Origin: a virus
Taxonomy: Duplodnaviria > Caudoviricetes
IMG/VR virus record: IMGVR_UViG_3300017726_000004
Location: 1 to 53,965 of that record
DNA length: 53,965 nucleotides
Direction: 5' to 3' (one strand)
The position numbers and the translations under genes were made by a program. This document shows positions 47,201 through 53,965 of the stretch, in pieces. Under the pieces are notes generated by a model. It had not been told where the DNA came from. It did not search any database and was given only the letters and a program-made list of their open reading frames with translations. Position 1 is the first letter of the stretch; each line of letters begins with the position of its first letter.

Positions 47201-48385
47201 GGCAAAGAGGGAACCGCAGTTTATGGTGCAAGAGTTTTCTATGACGATCAAGCATCAACCACTGGACAAGCATGTCCCGATAAATACTGCGTTGACAACG
47301 ACTCGTCTGGAGTAAATAAAAATATTTACTACCCCAACCCACCGTTTATGTCACCGTGGTACATTCCAAGTCCAGACGAACTTGCTTTTATTGCAAAACA
47401 TGTCGCAACAAATTCTTTGAACAATCATATTTTGTCTGCCGGAGGAGAGGCACTTCAGGGTGAATATTGGACATCATCTGGTGCGTTCGACTTTATAACC
47501 AACAAAAACGATCACGTTGATAACCCAGAAGGTCTTTTGTTTACTACAATTCCCGGAGCGGGAAGCGAAGGTGGAACGGCAGCGGCACCATATGTGGGAA
47601 TTACTTTTGATCGTGCGGACAATAGAGTCAAGTCAACAACAAACGCAGTTCAAATCAAGGGACATATGACAAAAGCATGGACTCAAGAGTTCCCACCAAA
47701 TCCCGATCCAACAAAGAGTAGTTTTGGATTTAAAAATTACAAGAGAGATAAGTTTAATCACCTTGCAAAAGTCAGAGCGATTCGATTGGTTCGTGTTGAT
47801 GCACGATATCCAAAACTATTCTATGACAAAGCACAAACTACTCTAAACGGTTCGTGGGTTGATGCAAATGCTAGACTTTGGTATATGCCTGCTGTTCAAT
47901 CGTTAAGCACTTCAGCGATTAATTTCTATCATGGTAGATTTGAAGCATCACCATCAATTCCGTCTGTTTTACAAAATATTTTTGGTGAAATCATAAGACA
48001 TAGAGGATACCTCACTTTAGAGGCAGGAGATCCACAGGGTGGAAGTTCTTTCTTGGGTGATCTTTATGGATCTTGTACTTTACCAAATGGTTACTGTTCG
48101 TTGAGAGAGCGTTATGAATGTGTCAATTATTATGGTGGAATCTTTGGTGGTGAGGGTTCTCGGTGCCCAGATAGTATTGAAAAATCGGCATATCGTCCAA
48201 CCGAACCAAGTGGAGTAAATTACTTGGAGGCATATTACCGAGGAAGAAGAAGAAGTGGTTCATATGAAATTCAACAAACGACGGAGACTAACCTAAATAT
48301 TACGAATACTTCTGGTATATCACAACAATCAAGTGGATCTCAGTCGTCTGGGGAATCCCAATCATCATCTTCATACGGTTATTGA
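44273..48385 (+). CDS. giant collagen-like, Cys-rich fibre protein with a DUF1566/C-type-lectin-like domain
   Basis: GPT repeats; GACC modules; WYIPS.DEL...YWTSS...AW...VRAIR. Confidence 0.75.
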   Translation: MTPIYGSSPFIRSATGPTGPTGPTGPTGPTGATGPTIRGATGPTGESFLEILSSSSGLTFVTLFSGNTFERGISAEYSTVDGSQILGNTGSTLTRVGFNNLGDGFTLAVSTEKNTLSIRSLGVTGNYLTLSTDSDGLITLDYDLSGSGFADVSGLTGQLIKTDGSSNLVGLQGATAKEFLNRNEVRGLRVKSYREPTVLLEKGNGVEIKDIEGVQGVEATVDWARAKNFVVDMTQYAEVTDGQTPLTVNINKAPENYSASFFLIVDGATGTTPSVDRFTSQSNVKFPYIQKPCFSGNRDIFTFISFQDTWYGNLVGWDLTGNNPDINELEPYSETHYCNELEPFFGSTDGATGACCLGDGNTTITTFAECPGFFVSQATAAAFGFTPQNIENACGTPATGINGDAVGPCCVYQIDTDQIDCLNDQSPDQCLSLSNNADLYASFSNFNDYLPGCDITKVESGCECVDCDNSVLGIGACCDGNGNCTEVDRFSCEQISGFFRGPGVACTDTLCSGGSGACYTGQTCVDNIDGAACIGVGSLYAGDDSNCATTSPPNLFNPERRSLPDGIHPFFTHSDVEPYFKLGQSYGGGIVVGIFNPYGATCLGNTGHGLDRNSVSGLTGNVIDTLPDGTTSSAYIPPSILADESDSGIYRSQYDFHGYGYDDRKSQSYYQGLSYPDEESGEFREDAWFIILSLNDAELESNPFSNNKEFRWGVTGSNYGPISNIGQPDSDVGTERQQKYLDIDIVEGFNGEDYSASGVLEGGEYGGYFRPIFSTKEGHWRKTSGVGANQGQPTVNENLTRHSVTSWQSARGAGTTSLEKLYSKASAGGNYQLREELGADYNGLWHRNWGLHNTVRMAHGLNHAYYECGTAGTNCNGTYDYISPDGSQTITCDQLKTLTGSSLQCGCLFSSSLTIGCDNNNTTANEFYYSSWPQDPTPINNLAYAFEKDSKYNRQMYIGEYWFGKAAASGNTGQDAGKEGTAVYGARVFYDDQASTTGQACPDKYCVDNDSSGVNKNIYYPNPPFMSPWYIPSPDELAFIAKHVATNSLNNHILSAGGEALQGEYWTSSGAFDFITNKNDHVDNPEGLLFTTIPGAGSEGGTAAAPYVGITFDRADNRVKSTTNAVQIKGHMTKAWTQEFPPNPDPTKSSFGFKNYKRDKFNHLAKVRAIRLVRVDARYPKLFYDKAQTTLNGSWVDANARLWYMPAVQSLSTSAINFYHGRFEASPSIPSVLQNIFGEIIRHRGYLTLEAGDPQGGSSFLGDLYGSCTLPNGYCSLRERYECVNYYGGIFGGEGSRCPDSIEKSAYRPTEPSGVNYLEAYYRGRRRSGSYEIQQTTETNLNITNTSGISQQSSGSQSSGESQSSSSYGY
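44315..44408 (+). repeat. collagen-like (G-x-T)n coding repeat
   Basis: TGPTGPTGPTGPTGPTGATGPT; similar tracts at ~48445-48535 and ~51265-51345. Confidence 0.85.
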
Positions 48386-48393
48386 GGTAGAGT

Positions 48394-51219
48394 ATGGCCG
48401 GTTACATTTACGGTAGCAGTAGCATAGTGAGCGACGAATTCAGAGGACCTGCTGGTTCAACTGGTCCTATCGGACCAACTGGACCTACTGGTTCGACCGG
48501 ACCTCTCGGATCAACTGGACCACAGGGTTGTACTGGAGATAGAATTGTAGGTGTTACTCAAGATAGTAAATCTGTCACATTCCGATTTTCAAATGAAGAA
48601 GAATTAAGTGCAGGTGGGACTGGATTTAGTTTTGCTGTAATTAACGTTACAGGTGCAGCGGGAACTGAAAATCCAAGTTTAAATGTAAATACAATTGGAG
48701 TCGAACCAAAAACAGATATTGTCTGGGATTCTTTTGGTTTTACTGCGGCATTTTTTACGTTTTCCACATCAGGGGCTGCATCGTTAACTGGTTCTAATAA
48801 TGATGTTATTAATGTTTATGGTCAAGAATTTGGTGTTATTGGAGTAACTGGACAACTTCTTCATATTGTGGGTGAGGCTGGCTCTTCTGCCGAAGGACTT
48901 AATTTTTCTGAATATGATGACAGACAAGATATAGTGTTGAATGTTCCAACTCTACTCGAAAGTCTCGATGTAGATAACGATCAGTTCGGACTTTTAAATG
49001 AGACAATCGTTAATTCAGACACAACATATTTTTATCCATCAGCAGGCGCAGGACTCACTGCAAGTAAAAGTTTCTTTGGTTTCATCACAGTAAATCCAGA
49101 TATTGGTGTGATTCGTCCGCTCTTAAATATGGGTGTTCGTACAGGAGATACAACAGCCGATAGAACAAGTTTTAGAACAATTCCAACCCCAGAACTCTTT
49201 ACATCATCATATGATGAATCAATACTTTCTGGAGAGTATGGATCGTGCTGTTATTGCGAAGATGATGACGATGGATCATATCTAAACAATTGCGTCGATT
49301 ATGTAACCAAAGGTTACTGTGATAATATTGGTGGAAATTTTTCATCAAACACAACATGTATTAATCGAAAAGAGGGTGTGAACTGTGCATTCGGTGGTGC
49401 TTGTTGTGTTAATGGTGAAGCATTTAATTCGACAAGTGCAATTTGTGATCAGTTTAATGGTATTTTTATTCCAAGTGTCACGGCAACGGAAGTTGAATGT
49501 CCCGACCGATGCCTTATTGGATCGTGTTGTGTCGGTGGTGTGTGTTACGAATTTAATCAATATGAGTGCGATCTTGCAGGTGGAGTGTTCCAACAGGATG
49601 TTCCATGTAAGGCAAGAAACTGTTGTCTTGAAGAATTATATCGTGGTGCTTGTTGCACACCAGATGAAAATGGTGAACCAAAAGTATGTGCAGATAATCT
49701 AAGTCCTGTTGAGTGTAATCGTGTTGGTGGTATTTTCCAAGGTGATGGCACTTCGTGCGAAACAACAGATTGCTGTTCAAGTGTAACAGACTCACCAGAC
49801 GCAGGAGGATTTGCTCCACCTGAAACTTTGACTCGACAATCTGAGCAAGCAAATTGTTCTGTAAATGTTAACCCAACGATAAATCTTCAGCCGGGTGATG
49901 AGTTTGGTGGTGGCATTCTTCTGGGTGTTATTGGTGAACCAAACGATTATGGAACAATCTTTGCGAAGGGTGAATCACCATATTGTCTCACCTTTGGTTA
50001 CACAGAAAACCAGTGTGCTGCTTGTCCACCAGAGGCACAATCAAATCCAATTCGTTATGTTATCAATGCAGGAAATAACTTCAGTTACGAAAACGAAGGT
50101 CCATGTTTCTGTGACAGCGTGATGCCATTTAAAGTTTTCCCAAGCACATGTTTTAATGATACGAACAGAAACGATTTAAGTAACAACACAAATAAAGTTG
50201 ACGCATGTTACGATGTTCCACATTCACCTTATCTTTATAATCTTTATGAGATGCCGATTAAGAGACATTTGGCATCGTATGAAAATTACATTCAAATCGA
50301 AAGATATTACAGAGTCGCTGAGAAGTATTACAACAGCACAAAGATTCCAAGAAAATGGGCAATCGTTATTGCACCCGAAGATTTGAACTACAACAATTCA
50401 CGATCTCTTTCTTGGGGTATTCGTCAAACAACATACGGACAAACCGAATCCGATCCAGTCGAGTCGGGTAAGTACATGGGATCACCATTCTTTGACGGAC
50501 TTATCGGAACGAGAATGTTTGATAAATCTTCGATCACATGGAAGCCTTGGTATGATGAAAATTATCAAGGTAAAGACGAGGACTCGTACTTACGATGGGT
50601 GCATTCTGAGTTTACTGCTTGGCCTTCCGACACTGATCAAACTAGAGTTGAAACGGACATTTCATATTTTGAAGAGAAGTTTACAGAACTTTGGGAAAAC
50701 GAAAACAAAGAAAACTCAATAATGAGACTTGTCTCGGAATGGAATGATACCACCAAGTTTGGTTACAACGATTGGTACGTCCCAAGTATTATTGAATTGA
50801 TGTATATCTATGGTAATCTTGACGTAATTAATCTCGGACTTCTTCGTGCTGGACTTTCACCGTTGTCGGAACCAAAATATTGGTCGTCAACAAGTGGTGC
50901 AAAATACAGAACAACTGATACTTCTTCATGTGAAGCAGAAAACTTTATTCCTCTTGATAGAAGAGATCAAAGTCTTGACAGGACAACATCGAATATTGCA
51001 CCACACGCACACAGAGCATTTTTACAAAACTTCCAAAACGGACTAATTGAAACAGAGTTTAGAAGTGATGATTTTGCTTCGGCTAGACCAATCAGAAGAA
51101 TACCATTATTTGAAACAACGTATGATTGTGAATTTGAAAACCATTTATCAAGATACATAGAGAGTAATAATGGTGATTGTTATAACTGTCGAACCTGCAA
51201 TTGTCCGGAGTTGAATTAA
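48394..51219 (+). CDS. collagen-like, Cys-rich fibre protein with a DUF1566/C-type-lectin-like domain
   Basis: IYGSS N-terminus; GxT repeats; G(S/A)CC modules; DWYVPSI.EL...YWSST...ARPIRR. Confidence 0.75.
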   Translation: MAGYIYGSSSIVSDEFRGPAGSTGPIGPTGPTGSTGPLGSTGPQGCTGDRIVGVTQDSKSVTFRFSNEEELSAGGTGFSFAVINVTGAAGTENPSLNVNTIGVEPKTDIVWDSFGFTAAFFTFSTSGAASLTGSNNDVINVYGQEFGVIGVTGQLLHIVGEAGSSAEGLNFSEYDDRQDIVLNVPTLLESLDVDNDQFGLLNETIVNSDTTYFYPSAGAGLTASKSFFGFITVNPDIGVIRPLLNMGVRTGDTTADRTSFRTIPTPELFTSSYDESILSGEYGSCCYCEDDDDGSYLNNCVDYVTKGYCDNIGGNFSSNTTCINRKEGVNCAFGGACCVNGEAFNSTSAICDQFNGIFIPSVTATEVECPDRCLIGSCCVGGVCYEFNQYECDLAGGVFQQDVPCKARNCCLEELYRGACCTPDENGEPKVCADNLSPVECNRVGGIFQGDGTSCETTDCCSSVTDSPDAGGFAPPETLTRQSEQANCSVNVNPTINLQPGDEFGGGILLGVIGEPNDYGTIFAKGESPYCLTFGYTENQCAACPPEAQSNPIRYVINAGNNFSYENEGPCFCDSVMPFKVFPSTCFNDTNRNDLSNNTNKVDACYDVPHSPYLYNLYEMPIKRHLASYENYIQIERYYRVAEKYYNSTKIPRKWAIVIAPEDLNYNNSRSLSWGIRQTTYGQTESDPVESGKYMGSPFFDGLIGTRMFDKSSITWKPWYDENYQGKDEDSYLRWVHSEFTAWPSDTDQTRVETDISYFEEKFTELWENENKENSIMRLVSEWNDTTKFGYNDWYVPSIIELMYIYGNLDVINLGLLRAGLSPLSEPKYWSSTSGAKYRTTDTSSCEAENFIPLDRRDQSLDRTTSNIAPHAHRAFLQNFQNGLIETEFRSDDFASARPIRRIPLFETTYDCEFENHLSRYIESNNGDCYNCRTCNCPELN

Positions 51220-53965
51220 TGTCTTTCATTTATGGTAGTAGTGCAATACCCAACCCAACCAGAGGGATAACAGGAACAACCGGAGCCACCGGAGCGACGG
51301 GTGCAACTGGTCCTGTAGGAGCAACCGGTCCCACCGGTCCTGCTGGTATTAGTGGTGGTTTTATAACACTCGTTAAAAGAGATATTCAATCTGATGGTAG
51401 TGTCTTACTCGACTTCTTCGGTGAAGTTGATGGGGTAAATACACTAATTGAAGGTGCTACAGGATTAAACTTTGTTGGACCAACTGGCTTTGCCGGAACT
51501 GCCGGTGTCGTAAATCTAGGTGCAGGTGTTTCTTTCGCTGCCGGTGTTTCCGGAATTACAATTGATTTTAGAAGTATTAAAAGTAGCGGAAGTATTCAAT
51601 CCACATTTAATAATGACAAAATTGTTTTTTCATCAATATTAACTGATATCGCAGGGACAACCGCTTCTCTTGTTGCAAATAGACTTGCATATGTTAAAAA
51701 TCCATCAGTAATTTCAAGTACAGATATTGAAATTGAAACAGACTCTGCCTCAGCGAATGTTCTAGATTTTAGAGGTGGTGGTTCAAGAACAGGAACCGCA
51801 GGTTTCTTACGAACTACAGGATATAGTTTCCTTAATGGTGACGGTATCACTGGTGTGTTTAACAAAGATGGTGCTTTTGTTGTTGGTCCGTTTGAAAAAG
51901 GTCAAGTTATTGCCGGAGTTACAAATGGCATTAGCATTGACTTATCAAATACTGACATTGCAAAAATTGTTACCCCTGCTGGTATTCTTGGAATTTCTGG
52001 TGATTATCCAACAGGATATTCGATCACAAAAACACTCGTTATTGAAAACGGTGACATGTGGGCATTTCCATCAAATGTTAAATTTGAAGATGATGAAAAC
52101 TACTTTAGTTGCGGGACGGATGTTCTCTCTATTACCACGATTGATGGTGGTGTAAACTGGACAGCAGTATTTACCGCAAGAGGTTATGATGTCTTTGGTT
52201 GTCAAGGATCTGGAACAACTCCCGGCTCTTGCTGTTCAACTGATCCCGAAACTGGTGTTTTCTTCTGTGATGATTACTTAACACAAGAACAATGTCTTGA
52301 AAGAAACGGAACATTTAACGTTCTTCAGTCTTGTAGTGATACTTGTGGTGTTGGTGGTGGTGTTTGTTGTTCTGAGGGTAATTGCTCAAACGGTATCAGT
52401 GCCATTCTTTGTGCATCCATCGGTGGTTCATTCTTCCCAAATGTTATTTGTGAAACAAGCACAATTGTTAATGAGTATGGTGATAGCATAACATACGATT
52501 CCGAAGGACAAAATTATGCAGACCCAATCGAAACAGGAAGGTTCTGTTATGATCGTTGTCAAGAGCCAGTTGCATGTTGTGTAAATGGAACATGTATTGG
52601 TGATGATATTACACGAATTCAATGTGAGTTTCTCTATGGAGGACAATCTGTCCCCGGAGTAACATGTGAAAATGGTGACATCGTTGGTGAACAAAGTTGT
52701 TGTGACTCCATCGAACGATTTGGTGCATGTTGTGAGCCTATCTCACCTGACGATTTATCAGAGGGTGAATGTAGTGAAAAATCGTATCAAGATTGCAAAG
52801 CCGCTGGTGGAATTTTCCAAGGACATGGAACAAACTGCGAAGACACAAATTGTTGCTTTGGTGTGGCTGGTGTTTGTGGGATTCTTAAACAAGATCAAGT
52901 TGCGGGAATTAGATACACATATCTCGATGAATGCGTTGAAGTAAATGATCCATCAGAGTGTGAGGAGTGTAATGAATTCATTGCTGATGTGACTTGCTCG
53001 TCAGATCCTTTTGGATTTAGAGGTACATCCAATACCACAACTCCAAATGATGGTAGAGCAAGAGGAGCAATTTTAGGTGTCGGTGGGGAAGCCGGAGGTG
53101 GACCCGGGGCATTTAATCTGGGTTATGGTGGTAACGGAATTAATCTGAGAAGGAAACAATATGAAGTCGGTGGGCTTCCGATAGATTTTGCCAGTATTGC
53201 ATTTCGCATGAACATCGAATATGGCAACGCAACACTGTTTGATGCACCACCAGTTCCGTCAGATCCACAAAATATTAGTCTGTATTCTAAACTTATGGAC
53301 GTGAGTCCGGGTTTTGAGCAATTTAGTTCCCTCAGCATAGGAATTATTGAAAATTACTTAATTATGAACTCTGATGGGGAGTACATAGCCACTCCAACGA
53401 GAACGAGTGCTTCCGGACCGGATCAAACATACGCATCCGGTTCAAATAGTTATGGATTGAAATCTACTGGAAGTGAACTTTTTTACAGTAGATGGATTCC
53501 AGAGATTTATTTTGTATTTAATCCCAACTTCGTTGTTGCTCCAGTAGAGCCATTTGGATCGTGTTGCAATGGAACAATTTGTCAAGATTCCACTCAATCT
53601 TGGTGTGATTGCTTTGGTCTTCCAAATGCACAATGGACCGGTGGAGTTTCTTGTATAACAGATCCATGTATCGGTGGTCCAGTGACAACACCACCACCAT
53701 CGTCAACGACCACAACAACAACGACGACGGACGAGCCAATAACTACTACCGTCGGCCCGACCCCGTCCCCGACGGGCACAATTCAACCTCCACCCACTAC
53801 TCCCGATCCCGGTCCCGGCACTACTCCGAATCCCGACACTACTCCCGACCCGGATTCAACCACAGCATCACCAAACCCAAGCACCCCCCCACCAGATGTA
53901 GATCGTGGTTGTGAAATCATTTATGATTCATCGTTGGCAGATGTGTTAGCACAAAATGTTGCGTG
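51219..53965 (+). CDS. third collagen-like Cys-rich fibre paralog, 3'-truncated by the window end
   Basis: ATG overlaps the previous TAA; MSFIYGSS-GxT repeats-GSCC modules; in-frame P/T-rich linker near the end; absent from the ORF track, apparently because no stop is reached. Confidence 0.8.
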   Translation, partial: MSFIYGSSAIPNPTRGITGTTGATGATGATGPVGATGPTGPAGISGGFITLVKRDIQSDGSVLLDFFGEVDGVNTLIEGATGLNFVGPTGFAGTAGVVNLGAGVSFAAGVSGITIDFRSIKSSGSIQSTFNNDKIVFSSILTDIAGTTASLVANRLAYVKNPSVISSTDIEIETDSASANVLDFRGGGSRTGTAGFLRTTGYSFLNGDGITGVFNKDGAFVVGPFEKGQVIAGVTNGISIDLSNTDIAKIVTPAGILGISGDYPTGYSITKTLVIENGDMWAFPSNVKFEDDENYFSCGTDVLSITTIDGGVNWTAVFTARGYDVFGCQGSGTTPGSCCSTDPETGVFFCDDYLTQEQCLERNGTFNVLQSCSDTCGVGGGVCCSEGNCSNGISAILCASIGGSFFPNVICETSTIVNEYGDSITYDSEGQNYADPIETGRFCYDRCQEPVACCVNGTCIGDDITRIQCEFLYGGQSVPGVTCENGDIVGEQSCCDSIERFGACCEPISPDDLSEGECSEKSYQDCKAAGGIFQGHGTNCEDTNCCFGVAGVCGILKQDQVAGIRYTYLDECVEVNDPSECEECNEFIADVTCSSDPFGFRGTSNTTTPNDGRARGAILGVGGEAGGGPGAFNLGYGGNGINLRRKQYEVGGLPIDFASIAFRMNIEYGNATLFDAPPVPSDPQNISLYSKLMDVSPGFEQFSSLSIGIIENYLIMNSDGEYIATPTRTSASGPDQTYASGSNSYGLKSTGSELFYSRWIPEIYFVFNPNFVVAPVEPFGSCCNGTICQDSTQSWCDCFGLPNAQWTGGVSCITDPCIGGPVTTPPPSSTTTTTTTTDEPITTTVGPTPSPTGTIQPPPTTPDPGPGTTPNPDTTPDPDSTTASPNPSTPPPDVDRGCEIIYDSSLADVLAQNVA

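Noticed and set aside
44273-51219. Diversity-generating retroelement
   Set aside because: CLec-like targets are present, but I saw no reverse transcriptase or near-identical template repeat in the window
1-53965. Stop-codon reassignment (TAG or TGA readthrough)
   Set aside because: Core genes are intact in code 11, and TAG, TGA and TAA all end well-packed genes; no suppressor tRNA

Overview
A 54 kb segment of a large T4-like (myovirus) bacteriophage genome, probably from an aquatic, uncultured lineage (inference). The first ~17.5 kb is accessory. It holds many small early ORFs behind near-consensus sigma70 promoters (several apparently leaderless), a GGGACTCCT repeat array and six tRNA genes (Lys, Thr, Arg, Asn, Leu, and an Ile-UAU overlapping a CDS stop codon). 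It also encodes an NTP pyrophosphohydrolase, a DenV-like glycosylase, PD-(D/E)XK and GIY-YIG nucleases, an ART-like protein, a cytidylyltransferase, a TraR-like zinc finger and a polyamine cassette (two AdoMetDC-family genes plus speE). The rest is the core late region: gp33, gp32, a tape-measure-like gene, gp51/gp26/gp54-like/gp4, gp48, gp53, an enlarged hub, gp25, gp6, gp7, gp8 and giant Cys-rich, collagen-containing fibre proteins. The most notable signals are a probable programmed -1 frameshift fusing gp26 to gp51, an invertebrate-type (destabilase-like) lysozyme domain in a Cys-rich protein, the tRNA-Ile(UAU)/stop-codon overlap, the repeat array overlapping a promoter, and late genes with T4-type capsid-targeting N-termini. 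All family assignments come from motif recognition by eye; no searches were run.
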